A stretch of 64,000 nt of DNA from assembly GCF_006345805.1 (NCBI RefSeq), contig NC_043021.1, forward strand, positions 5,766,001 to 5,830,000. The letters run 5' to 3'. The DNA comes from Octopus sinensis. Its lineage: Eukaryota. Both the position numbers and the translations under genes were made by a program. Shown piece by piece: positions 36,176 through 49,765 of the stretch; positions within the stretch are counted from its first letter, which is position 1, and every line of letters begins with the position of its first letter. The notes under the pieces were generated by a model that was not told where the DNA came from, made no database searches, and worked only from the letters and a program-made list of their open reading frames with translations.

Positions 36176-38206
36176 CTGGTGAAAGAGAGAGAAATATTGT
36201 AAAGGGTAACAGAAACAGCAATAACAACAGTAACGATGAAACAAGTTGGACACAAGCCAAAGCAAGAGCATCCTGACCTGCTAGAAATAGCAGCCATATC
36301 CTCAAGACTATTTTGAGTAATGAAACGCAGTCCTAAATATAGGCACAGGTGTGTCTATGTAGTAAGAAGCTTGCTTCCCAACGACATGGTTCAGGGGTCT
36401 GTTCCACCTTGGGGGGGGGGGGGGGCAAGTGCGTTCTACTATAGCCTTGGGTTGACCAAAGCCTTATGAGTGTATTTGGTAGGCAGAAACTGAAAGAAGC
36501 CCATTATATATATGTGTGTGTAGTTGCTCCCTGTAGTCACCACTTGACAAGTAGTGTTGGTTTGTTTATGTCCCTGTGATTTAACGAGTCATTAAAAGAG
36601 ACCAATAGAAATAGTACCAGGCTTTAAAAAAAAAAAGATAAATTCTGGGCTTGAAAACATTTGACTAAACACTCTTCAAGGCATTGCTCCAGCATGGCCA
36701 CCGTCTAATGACCGAAACAAGTAAAAAATAGAGATACTTTATATGAATACAGGACATGCTGCAGTTGGAAGACCTGATCATAGGAAGACCCGATCATAGG
36801 AAGACCCGATCATAGTTGTCTAACATGGACAACTGGATCAAAACTGACCCGAGGATAGAAAATGATGTATGAAGTTAAGTTAGTGGAGTTAATTTTTTGG
36901 CTCAAAAAGCAAAAAGCAAGGCCATGTAGGGGGACATGGAGTTATGTACAGGGTTATATATATATATATATATAACATCATCATTAGTTGTTGACAGTAA
37001 ACACCTGTATTGTTTGTTTGGTTCCTTGGAAGCAGCTCAAAATACACAACACCTCTGTAATCCCATCAAATTGACAGCATGACCTTTTTTGATGCAATTC
37101 ACCTTTTGATGTTGTTTCTGCTGGCTCATTACGCTTGGACCATGATGGTTTTCGATTGATATTATTGTAAACAATTTATTTCCCATCACCAGTGGTGACT
37201 TCTTTAAAAAAAAAAGGGCAATTTCATTGCATTTGAGATGAATATTGCAAATATATATTGCACAGACACACAAACATACATATGTACAACAGGCTTCTTT
37301 CAGTTTCCATTTACCAAATCCACTCACAAGGCTTTGGTCGGCCCAAGGCTATAGTAGAAGACACTTGCCCAAGGTGCCACGCAGTGGAAATGAACCTGGA
37401 ACCATGTGGTTGGTAAGCAAGCTACTTACCACACAGCCACTCCTGCGCTTATATCTCTCTCTATATAAACGGCAGTTTGTCTGTGCGTTTTCTGTGTGTC
37501 TGTTTTCTCGTACCCTCACCCTGACCACGGCTTTCAACCGATTCTGATGAAACTTGACACACACATAGCCCAATGTCATAATTCAAAACTAACGCAGCGA
37601 AAATTTTGAAAAGTTCCCCCAGTTCTGAAAAAAATCGATAAATTCGACATGGGGTCGAGAATCAGAAACCCAAACCACAGACCGTCTAGGGGACTCCACC
37701 TTTTTTAACTCTCAAAAAAAATTTACCATTATTTTTTTTCCATTTTTTTGCTATAACTCTCTAAAAATGCTTTATAGTTATTTCCCTTACAAACCTGAGC
37801 AACGCCGGGCGATACCGCTAGTTTAACATAATATCATAAGGTAACTGATATCTAAAAGATATAAAACTTTGAAGCAGGCAATGCAGCAGATCTAAAAAGC
37901 ATTTAACCCTTTCGTGTTCAGATTATTCTGTTAAATGTATACTTTTTCACTCAAATTGTTTGGAATTAATCATGCATTATCTTATAGCTTTGAGGTTTCA
38001 ATGATGTCATCATCATCATCAATGTTTATTTTTAGAACGTCACTGTAGGTTAGGTGTGAGAGGCTGGATATCGCCAGTTTGAATATAAAACATGTATAAT
38101 ATATTAAAGGGTTAATGATAAATCCAAGAGGCATTAGAAAATGAGTGAATGAAAGACTGAGCAAATGAATGAAAGCAAAAAAAAAAAAAAAAAAAAAAAT
38201 CCTTAC

Positions 38207-38357
38207 TGAAAATAGTTTCTGTACAAGCCATCCGTGGTATTGACTAAGTGTTTCATCATAGGATTTTTGAATGAGTGGATGTAGTGACTGAGATGCTTTT
38301 CCAGCTTTGTGTTCTTCCAAATATCCAGACAGAAAAACGTATATGAATTCTAGAGCT
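38207..38357 (-). CDS. GLTP: GLTP-like coding exon 4 (ALEFIYVFLSGY...YDETLSQYHGWLVQKLFS)
   Basis: Acceptor tttctacttttag, donor TCA|GTAAGG, 151 nt. Carries the YHGW.VQK.F motif. Confidence 0.95.
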
Positions 38358-38399
38358 CTAAAAGTAGAAATAACACCATCGTCAGCTCTCGTCAATTTA

Positions 38400-38969
38400 C
38401 TCGTTGACTCATTGTGTTAAGTGAATCTCTTTCAATTTATGTGGAACCCAAATATCAAGCTTCTTAACAAGTCCAAGACATTTAGAATTATTTTCAATTG
38501 TTTTGTGTGATATGTATAACACCTCTGCAATCTATCACACACAATCAGATTCAATAATGGCTTTGATTCAGTCATCATCAACTTCAGTGGGTCGACCAGA
38601 ATATTGGTCATCTTTGAGTGAAAAATCTCCAGAATGGAATTTTTTAATATCATTTCTGACATGTGTGCATTCTGTTAAGTAATCAATACCATAAACTTCA
38701 CGTCTTTTTGTGAGTTTCACCAGCTTCCTTGCCTTTACGGAAATAAAAAACCAAATTATTGTGAAAATGTTTGTCTTTTGCACTCAATGTTAAAATTGAC
38801 ACTGAACTAACAGTTGTAGACAAAATTATGTGCAATTTGCTTCTAAAGTAAGCTAAAAGTAACAGCTTTCAAATGTCAAAGGGTAAAAAAAATCATAACA
38901 TTGACAAAAGTCATTAAAAAAAAATTGTAACTATTTACGAAAAATGAAATTACTTTCTTGCCAACCCTA
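38400..38969 (-). mobile_element. mariner 5' fragment
   Basis: TIR-like AGGGTTGGCAAGAAAGTAATT; GDFSLKDDQYSGRPTEVDDD and WVPH motifs. Confidence 0.75.
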
Positions 38970-39099
38970 GATATATACACACACACACACATTATATATA
39001 TATATATATCACGTGACCGACCAGACCATCAGATGTTACTACACATCGCTGGTCATTTTAGCCTTCGAATGACGCCACCCCGCTGGCTAAGCGAGCAGG

Positions 39100-39136
<37 letters not shown>

Positions 39137-39220
39137 ACCGACCAGACCATCGGATGTTGCTACACATCGCTGGTCATTTTAGCCTTCGAATGACGCCACC
39201 CCGCTGGCTAAGCGAGCAGG

Positions 39221-39280
<60 letters not shown>

Positions 39281-39281
39281 C

Positions 39282-39377
<96 letters not shown>

Positions 39378-40800
39378 ATATATATGCACATACATATGGT
39401 TCAAATCTACGGAAAACAAAAGACCAAGACAGGGGAGGGAATAGCAAGCAGGTGTATTAATTTGACTCCCAGGAAAAATGGAGAAGTCTTTGATATTTTG
39501 AGCCTATGCTCTTTGACAGAAAAAGATGAAAGGCAAAAAATGGAGAGATAACGAAAAAGAATTAACAATTTGGGATTAACAGTTCTACATATTGAAATGA
39601 CTGGAATAAAAGAAGCCAATGAAAGGGAAGATAACAGTGAATCAGCTGAACTGGGTGCGCAAGTGCATGTGTGTGTGTGTATATGAGGATGTTGTGTGTG
39701 TATGAGGGGGTGATCATAAGATTAGCACTCTACACAAATGCATACTATTAATGTAGTTTATCATCACCATCATCATAGTTTAGCGTCCGCTTTCCATGCC
39801 GGCATGGGTTGGACGGTTCAACTGGGGTCTGGGAAGCCAGAAGGCTGCACCAGGCTCCAGTCTGATCTGACAATGTTTCTACGGCTGGATGCCCTTCCTA
39901 ACGCCAACCACTCCGTGAGTGTAGTGGGTGCTTTTTACGTGCCAGGGGAGGCTGGCAAACGGCCACGGTCGGATGGTGCTTTTTACGTGCCACCGGCACG
40001 GAGGCCAGTCGGAGTGGCGTTGGCAACGGCCACGTTTGGATGGTTCTCTTACGTGCCACCGGTACTGGTATCACAGCTACAATTTCCATTGATGTTGATC
40101 GATTTCGATTTTGATTTCAGTAGTTCTCGGGGGGGGGGCCGATTCAGCATGACCGTGTGACAAGGCTGACCCTTTGAATTACAGGTACAATTCATTTTCC
40201 GTCAGCTGAGTTAACTGGAGCAATGAGAAATAAAGTGTCTTGCTCAAGGAAGAAAGCATTGCAAAACAAGGAGAGGGAGAAAAAACATAAAAGGTGAGGA
40301 TTACATATAAGAGGAAAGACATATTGCAAGGTAAGAGGAAGCAAACCCCAGCTAATCTTTATATATAAAAGTAAGGTTGTGTGCTGTCTGTCTCCTATGA
40401 TTTAGATTCCTAACTACTCCCACATTTTGCGGTGCAGTTTAACCAAAAGCGGGTATCTTATAGTCGTGATTCATATCGAGCCCTTCTGGGTATTAGCACG
40501 CGTCTACGATGAGTTTACAATTTAAAAAAAAATTTACCATCAATTTTTCCCATTTTTGGCATATATAAGGGAAGTAACTCTCTAAAAATTTATTATTAAA
40601 TCTCAGAACGTAAAAAGCTACAGTAACACCCCTCCCCCCGCTTTGTGGTTAGCCATATTGACATGGCTATTATACTTTACATCTCTAAAAATGCTTATAT
40701 AGTTATTTCCCTTACAAATCTGAGCAACGCCGGGCGATACTGCTAGTTAGAATTAAATTTATACTGGACAAAATACAGTTGGAGTGCCTAAAATGATTAC

Positions 40801-40922
40801 CTCTTCAACCAGAGTCCACTGATACCAGCATAGTTTGTTGTCTTGTTCTCTTGTTCATCCAAGAACATTGCTTCAAGGTGGGAGAAGGTAGCAGGGTCTG
40901 TGTCATACTTGGTTTGTAGTTT
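40801..40922 (-). CDS. GLTP: GLTP-like coding exon 3 (KLQTKYDTDPATFSHLEAMFLDEQENKTTNYAGISGLWLKR)
   Basis: Acceptor ttactacag, donor AG|GTAATC, 122 nt. Carries the YDT.P..F and LWLKR signature motifs. Confidence 0.95.
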
Positions 40923-40983
40923 CTGTAGTAAGGAGACAATAGAAACACTTGAATTTATGAAGAACATATACAATGAGGTAAAC

Positions 40984-42684
40984 CAGGGGTTCCCAACCCT
41001 TTTTGTTGTTATCGCCCACTTTTCCACACACAAAAATTCCCATCGCCCACCTGTGCAGTAATTTTCAAGATGTAAAAATAAAGCGTATTCAGAACGGTTG
41101 CTTAAAAAATGAAATATTGCAAAATGGGCATTCGGAGTTGAAACGTTATTCAGAAGAATGATGTTTTTGATTGCTAAATGTTTCTCAATGAAATAAAATT
41201 GAAAAATGATACATGTATTAAATGTTCAACAAACTCACCATTGGTTACCTATAACCTATTTCTTTATTACCCACAAGGGGCTAAACACAGCGGGGACAAA
41301 CAAGGACAGACATAGGTATTAAGTCGATTTGATCGACCCCAGTGCGTAACTGGTACTTAATTAATCGACCCCGAAAGGATGAAAGGAAAAGTCGACCTCG
41401 GCGGAATTTGAACTCAGAACGTAACGGCAGACGAAATACAGCTACGCAATTCGTCCGACGTGCTAACGTTTCTGCCAGTTCGCCACCCTAAACCATTGGT
41501 TACCTATAACCGTTGACTCATCCACTTGTATTCAGAAGATTGGAGAATTTGAATGAGTTGAGGACATTCCTGGCCATTTCATCTATTCGTCAAGAAATTG
41601 TATTGTTACTAATTGGAATTTTCTTGATAATTTTGTCAGACTTCTTGTGCATTAGAGTTGACAGAACTTCTTCAATGACAGGTCGAAGCAATGTTTCTCC
41701 TATAGTGTGGGACTTTCTGGTCTTTGCGACCAGTAATGCAATATTGTACAACACAATCATACCATCATTTTCCTGTATAGTTGCTTCTGTAAACATCGTG
41801 TTCAGTGTTTTCTGCTTTTCGAAAGAAACCTTAAGTTGCCAAAAAATGACAATGGTTTGTCTTTTTTTGTCAGAATGCTTGGAATCAAAATGATATTTCA
41901 AGTGTGAAGGCTTCACAGCTTCCTTGCTCAAAGTTTGCTGGCATAAAAGACAGTTCCGAGGAGAAGCAATAAATCCATATGTTTCTTTATTACCCACAAG
42001 GGCTAAACACAGAGGGGACAAACAAGGACAGACAAATGGATTAAGTCGATTATATCGACCCCAGTGTGTAACTGGTACTTAATTTATCGACCCCGAAAGG
42101 ATGAAAGGCAAAGTCGACCTTGGCGGAATTTGAACTCATAACGTGACGGCAGACGAAATACGGCTACGCATTTCGCCCGGCGTGCTAACGGTTCTGCCAG
42201 CTCGCCGCCTTAGTCCTCAGTTAAACCATCCAACCCATGCCAGCATGGAAAGCAGATGCTCCTGGTGACAAGTTTTCTTTACCGGAGGCATCAGGAAAGT
42301 AAAAATTTGAAAAAAGAATTCATAGAAGCAGAATCGGCAAAGGCAGAAATTCACGATGCACGCTGATGTGTGTGCATCTAATGCAAGTGTAGTGACGTGG
42401 TTAATGGGTCTGGTCACTACTTTTGATCTCAGAATAGCCCTAAAAATGACTTATCACATACGATAAGGATGAATGGATGAGGGAACAACAGATATAGTTT
42501 GTTCAGTAATTTCTTCCATATAGGCGCAGGAGTGGTGTGTGGTAAGTAGCTTGCTAACCAACCACATGGTTCCGGCTTCAGTCCCACTGCGTGGCATCTT
42601 GGGCAATTGTCTTCTGCTATAGCTCCGGGCCGACCAATGCCTTGTGAGTGAATTTGGTAGACGGAAACTGAAAGAAGCCTGTCG

Positions 42685-42750
<66 letters not shown>

Positions 42751-43607
42751 GAGTTTGTCCCCCTAGCATCGCTTGACAACCGATGCTGGTGTGTTTACGT
42801 CCCCGTCACTTAGCGGTTCAGCAAAAGAGACCGATAGAATAAGTACTGGGCTTACATAGAATAAGTCCCGGGGTCGATTTGCTCGACTAAAGGCGGTGCT
42901 CCAGCATGGCCGCAGTCAAATGCCTGAAACAAGTAAAAGAGTATACATGAAGTGGCAATACAGAAGTACAGAGAGTGTGTGGGCGGCAGAGGAGAGAAAC
43001 GAAGATATGCAAAAGCTGGGTCTGCCAAAGGTCAACTGGCGAAATCGTTTGAAGCCACTCTGTTTATGCCAAAATAATCATTTGATGTTTAGCCACTGTG
43101 TAGGCGTTTTATTTTGGTGACTGAAGAGTTGTTTGTCTCACTGGGGTGTGGTAGCAGATAGTGTTGTTTGTTTGTTTCATTAAGGAGACAGATAGGGTTG
43201 TTTATTTCTCTGGTAAGGACAGATGAATTACAATCGTACAGCTGTATACTACTTCCTTAGTTTAGACTAGGGAAAACATAATTACCGAAAATCCTTTATC
43301 GCCCACCATTTCTTAACACTTTCGTTACCAACCCAGCTGAAACCGGCTCTGGCTCTGAGTACAAATGTCTTGTTTTCGTATGTTTTGAATTAAAATCTTC
43401 CATCAAACCTTGGTCACAATTTATGTTCCTAGCTGAATGATAATTAAGTTATTTTACTAAATTCTTTGTTATATTTAAAGTAATTGAAAGAAACACAGAT
43501 CATCTCAAAATAAATATAGTAACGAAAGGGTTAAAAATTCGTTTATCGCCCACCTGATAATTGAAATTGCCCACCAGTGAGCGATATTGCCAGGTTGAGA
43601 AACCCTG
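40984..43607 (-). mobile_element. hAT/Buster-type transposon with nested insertions
   Basis: TIRs CAGGGGTTCCCAAC / CAGGGTTTCTCAAC; 8-bp TSD aggTAaac/atgTAaac; BED finger CLLC..KPSHLKYHFDSKH; SHTIGETL; PISNNTISRRIDEMA. Confidence 0.85.
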
Positions 43608-44655
43608 ATGTAAACATACCATACAGCCACTGACTTTTTCCTTCTTGTTGTATCCAGGTCAACCTAACCCCAACCCAGCAAAAATATGATCAAAGAAAAA
43701 AAGCTCTGACACTGAGCCTCATCGTTTACTTTGGTGGCAGGAGTCAATAAAGAACCAGTCAAGTACTGGAATTGATTTATCTTCTCTCATTCTCTCCCTT
43801 GAATCAACACTGAACACAATGTTTATGGAAGCAACTGATGGTATGATTGTGCCGTACAATATTGATTCAACAGCACAAGACTGACCACGTCAAGAAACCC
43901 ACCAATCTTTCCACTGCCCCTTCACTATTCAATGGTGCCCCCTCAGATTTACTCTACTTCAGCATTATTACAAGTGTCCACCCAGAATATTCTGAAGTAC
44001 CCCCAGGTACCAAAGTCTGGCAGCAGGTCAGACACCAAATTGTCATAGTAACATTCAATTTTCTTTCTTTTTCTTGGGCAAGTGTCTTCTACTATAGCCT
44101 CGGGCTGACCAAAGCCTTGTGAGTGGATTTGGTAGATGGAAACCAAAAGAAGCCCGTCGTATATATATGTATGTGCATGTATGTTTGTGTGTCTGTGTGT
44201 CTGTGTTTGTCCCCCTAGCATTGCTTGACAACCGATGCTGGTGTGTTTATGACCCCATCACTTAGTGGTTCGGCCAAAGAGACTGATAGAATAAGTATTG
44301 GGCTTACAAAGAATAAGTCCCGGGGTCGAGTTGCTCGATTAAAGGCGGTGCCCCAGCATGGCCGCAGTCAAAATGACTGAAACAAGTAAAAAGAGAAAAA
44401 GAGAGATATCTATACAGTGTGTTTCCTTCGGTTTCCAATAACCAAATCAGCTCACAAAGCTTCGGTTAGCCCAAGGTTATAATAGAAGACACTTGCCCAA
44501 GGTGCCATCAACAGTTTGAACTTTGTTGCCCTTGGTTTGACATCTTCGACATCAGCAGTAACGATCTGCTTAACATATTACTTGACTCTACAATCTTTTC
44601 CGTATCAACTTTAAACCAAAAGGCAGTCCGAATATATTAGAACTTGAACTCTTAC

Positions 44656-44711
44656 CTCAATGTTTCCAGTAATATCAGATCGAATTGGTGAGAAAGTAGT
44701 TCCAAAGCCTT
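44656..44711 (-). CDS. GLTP: GLTP-like coding exon 2 (EGFGTTFSPIRSDITGNIE)
   Basis: Acceptor ttttctattgcag, donor GAG|GTAAGA, 56 nt. Matches the GLTP motif F.PIK.DI.GNI (Asp48/Asn52 equivalents). Confidence 0.93.
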
Positions 44712-47700
44712 CTGCAATAGAAAAGAAAATATTATCAGGACTATAACCTCATTCACCAGCATGACTATAACTTCAATCAACAAATGAAAATAGACAGTCT
44801 ACCATTGAACAGGATATGTCTTTTTCAGGTAACATGTCAGAGAAATTTGGTTGAGTTACCTGCCGTTTTTATGATGCAGCTCTATTTATAACACCCACTT
44901 GCAGCTAGGTAGACTGGACAGTCAAGGCAGATAGGCTAAGTTTTTATGTTAACATGAAAATGCCATGTTCATGGTTACAGTAGAATTTTGGTGACAAAAT
45001 ATAAGCTACTGATCTCTCAGAAGCTCAGCTGTTACCCAAATCACTCAGCCATTCATATTCTTTCCAGACAATAAATACTCAAGTGAAAATCAAAATCAAA
45101 ATCGATCAACATCAATGGAAATCGTAGCAGTGATACCAGTGCCGGTGGCACATAAGAGAACCATCCGAACATGGCTGTTGCCAGCACCGCCCAGACTGGC
45201 TTCCGTGCCGGTGGCACGTAAAAAGCACCCACTACACTCATGGAGTGGTTGGCGTTAGGAAGGGCATCCAGCTGTAGAAACATTGCCAGATCAGACTGGG
45301 CCTGGTGCAGCCTTCTGGCTTCCTAGACCCCAGTTGAACCGTCCAACCCATGCCAGCATGGAAAGTGGACGCTAAACGATGATGATGATGATGATAATTA
45401 TAAAAGAGATCTTATTCCACTTTGTAGCTAATAAAGGCTGTGACATTTTAATTACTAATCACTAATGATTGTCACCTCTTGAACCAACTTCAGGGTCCAG
45501 GATACACATCCTCTGTGCTCCCACTTCATACCTCTCAGAACAAATTGCAGCCTTACTGCTTATTGTACTGGCGTTGAGTGGGGACTGCAATGTATTTTTG
45601 AATACTCTCCTCCTGAGACCCAAACACATCCCTTGTTAACCCATGTAATAGACAATGTGGCATGGTCGTTCTTTTACACCCTTTCCATATTGCAGTTTGT
45701 GGTAGTCTTTATTTGTGCCAGGCACCAAACCAGTATTTGTATTGGGCCTATGGAAAATATATCCACCCAGTGACATAAAACAAATATTGTATGTACCAAA
45801 TGAAATCATATCAATATATATATATCATCATTGTTTAACGTCTGTTTTCCGTGCTAGCACGGGTTGGACGGTTCAACCGGGGTCTGGGAAGCCAGGGGCT
45901 GCTCCAGGCTCCAGTCTGATCTGGCAGAGTTTCTACGGCTGGATGCCCTTCCTAACGCCAACCACTCCGCGAGTGTATACATATATGTTATGTGTCTGTG
46001 TGTATATATATACACACACACACACACACCAGTATATACTGAGATGCAAATTATACACACACACACACTTTTTTTGAGTAACACTTAACCCTTTAGTATT
46101 TAAACCGGCCATACCAGGCCAAAATTTTCTTGCTGTTATATGTTCAAACCAGCCAGCTTTGACCTCTCACACCTACCCTACAAAGTCATTCTGTAAATAA
46201 ACGGGGACATCATCAAAATCTCAGAGTTACAAGATGCTGTACAATTAATTTTAAACAATATGATTAAACAGGCTTTACATCTGACAGAATAATCTGAATG
46301 CTAAAGTCTTAAACGTTTGAAGTTGTTGAATTTGTCCCAATTTATAAGCTTTATACTTTCTAAGTCGTTTGACATGAGCTGGAGTCATTCTGCTTACGCT
46401 TTGCATTAGATTCATAATGCTTAATGAAATAGCTTTCTAAATTATCCAAAAGCATTTCTACTCTCTTCCTATAATAGTGTCTCTACTTTAATTTCTATTC
46501 ATTTACTATTCATTACCCTAATTATATTTGCATACTATATCTTACTCACTACTAACCATAATCATAAACCGGTATTATTCAATCTGCTGTGATGATTCAA
46601 ACAAACTTACAAATTAATTAAGGGTATATTTTTTCCTCCCTCTGAAGAAATTAAGCTCAGAAGCATGATTTTATACTTATTTAACCTCACTAAACTAATT
46701 AAAACAGCCATAATGGATAATGATCGATTTTTTGCTGATAATAAACTCTTATTAACTTCAATATCTCTATTTTCTTATTCTTCATTTGCATGATTATAAA
46801 CCATGGTTTATATATAAACCTGTTATTTTTATGGATTTAATCCTCTCCTCAAAATATTAGGTACTGAACCAATTTAAATTTGTCAAAATATTTTCGTCGC
46901 TTTGAGACCGCGACCTGTTCACTGATAAAACTTAAGTGAATCATACGGTTTTTGTGTGTTTCTTAAATTGCTTATAAACACCTTCCACGCTGCAATTGTT
47001 TTCGTTCCAGCACACGATCTCAGATCAAGTCACTCGCTATGCAAGTACATCTCCGTAAACACACCAGCATCGGTTGTCAAGCAATGCTAGGGTGAAAAAC
47101 ACAGACACACAAACATGCACACACACACACATACATATATATATATACGACGGGCTTCTTTCAGTTTCCGTCTACCAAATCCACTCACAAGGGTTTGGTC
47201 GACCCGAAGCTATAGAAGAAGACACTTGCCCAAGATGCCATGCAGTGGAACTGAACCCGGAACCATGTGGTTGGTAAGCAAGCTACTTACCACACAGCCA
47301 CTCCTGCGTATGTATATATATACTACATGGATGATATTTTCAATCAAGACATTACACCTGTATCTGCTTCAGTGCTTCAATTCTGTGTACGTACATATAT
47401 TTACTCTGTTGTTGACTTTGATCAATGGTTTCTCCTGTTAATTTGATGCACAATTTTCTATCATTAATACCACTATTGATGTTTTTGACAATACGAGTGT
47501 GCTAGTTTTACAATAAAATAAGGGCAATTTTGCAACTGAACTGGTCAGATGAGTTTCATAGTTAACTGGGAACAAAAAGAGTTGATGTCAATTACTTTTT
47601 AATGTAATTAAATATTCAAGGTTACAAGAAAAAAGAAAAAAATATTGCTACTGTCATTATTTGAAACTAGCCATTGCCAAATTAACTGGTGAAACTTGTT

Positions 47701-48429
47701 TTTCTATGAAAGAAAATGAAGGTGGTAACAGTCCTTGAAGATTTTATTTCTTAACAAAAAAGATTTGAAGTGCCTCAGGATGGTCACAGTTTAACCCTTT
47801 AGTGTTCTGATTATTCTATCAAACATAATGCTTATTGATTCCCATTGATTTGAATTAACCATGCATTATCTCATATCTTCAAGATTTTGATGGTGTAATT
47901 ACTTAATGTATAATAACATTGTAGGGTAGGTGTGAGAGCCTGGATCTGGTCAGTTTGAACATAAAGCAGATTAAATATTTTGGCCGGATATGGCTGGTTT
48001 AAATACTAAAGGGTTAAAGTGTAAAGCAAGTAAAAAGTATATTAGCCCTTTAGCATTTAAACCGGCCATATCTGGCCAAAAGTATTCTGCCTGTTTTATG
48101 TTCAAAGTGGCCAGATCTGGTCTCTCACACCAACCCTACAATATCGTTTTAAAAATTAACAGCTACCTCATCGAAATCTCATAGCTACAAGATAATGCAT
48201 GATTAGTTCAAAACAATTTGGATGAAAAAGCATTAATTTTGGTAGAATAATGCAAACACTAAAGGGTTAAATAAAAAAATATGCAGATGTTAAATTTTAC
48301 CATTCTACTGATTTAAAAAAACGAAGGTTGTTTGAGTTGACTGAGGATGACTTGCATTAGGGTTTTTCCTGCAAATGGTATGAGTGATATGTCTCTGTAG
48401 TTGTTACACTGAAGGCCATTTTCTTTTCT

Positions 48430-49000
48430 TTTATAGAGGTGTATGATGCAGACGTCTTTGAATTCTTGTAGAATTTGTTTGGGTTCCAACATGTAGCAAA
48501 CAGTGCAAATAGTTTATCCTGTATTCTCCATCCGCCACGTTTGTAGATCTCAGCAGTGGAGGCGCAATGGCCCAGTGGTTAGGGCAGCGGACTCGTGGTC
48601 GGAGGATCGCGGTTTCGATTCCCAGACCGGGCATTGTGAGTGTTTATTGAGCGAAAACACCTAAAAGCTCCACGAGGCTCCGGCAGGGGGTGGTGGTGAA
48701 CCCTGCTGTACTCTTTCACCACAACTTTCTCTCGCTCTTTCTTCCTGTTTCTCTTGTACCTGTATTTCAAAGGGCCAGCCTTGTCACACTCTGTATCACG
48801 CTGATTCTCCCCGAGAACTACGTTAAGGGTACACGTGTCTGTGGAGTGCTCAGCTACTTGCACGTTGATATCACGAGCAAGCTGTTCCGTTGATCGTATC
48901 AGCTGGGACCCTCATCCTCACAACCGACGGAGTGCTCCTATTATAGATCTCAGCCGGAATTGCATCAGACCCAGCAACTTTACCATTGGTTAGTCACTTA
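48430..49000 (-). mobile_element. RTE reverse-transcriptase fragment split by SINE B
   Basis: GKVAGSDAIPAEIY | EIYK..QEFKDVCIIHLYKRK; TSD tagatctcagc at 48544-48554 and 48944-48954. Confidence 0.8.
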
Positions 49001-49727
49001 AAAGTCAGTTGAAAATCTCAAGTGTATGTGTGTCACTTAGATGACTGTGGATACATGAGGGAGCTGGTTTACTGCCTCTACAATTATATGAAAGGGGCTA
49101 TAGTAGAAGACACTTGCCCAAGGTGCCATGCAGTGAGACTGAACCCGGAACCATGTGGTTCATAAGCAAGCTATTTACCACACAGCCACTCCTACGTCTA
49201 TAAAATATATAAAAAATTATGTTGTCACTACTTTGGTTACTATAATTGGTATCATTAGTTACACTCACCCTCAGGTAGTGGCTTGTATCGCTAGGGGTTA
49301 TGCAATCACGTATATGGGTTGCATGTGGGATAAAGAGGGTACCTCTGGTGGTCCATTGGCGCCATTAACATGAGCCAGTACTACTGGCTAAAGTGGGATT
49401 AGGGGCAAGTTTATAGGTGCAAAGTTCTAATCTTGTCAAATATAGGTTGTAACCAGGCTAGCTGATGGATGCAAGTTCTCAGTTCTCATTACATCTTGTT
49501 TACTAATATTATTTGTAATATTCTCATTGCTATGCGTAGACAAATTACGATTGCTAGAATTACAACTTACAAGCAAATCATAACTTAAAGGGTTACAAGG
49601 AGCTTTAGTATTACTGATATTTACATCATTAAGATTATTAAAGTTGTTATTAGGGGCTAAATCAATATTACTGCAAACATTATCAATCCCACAGGCCAAA
49701 GAATACCCTTGTTGCTTACTTATTTTG

Positions 49728-49765
<38 letters not shown>

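Noticed and set aside
36410-36425. Poly-G run as a possible G-quadruplex element
   Set aside because: Homopolymer expansion of the GGG in the SINE A motif ccttgggcaag; run length is unreliable in assemblies.
49436-49699. Asn/Ser-rich 87-aa ORF
   Set aside because: Low complexity, stops nearby, no splice support; possibly a LINE ORF1/linker relic but not assignable.
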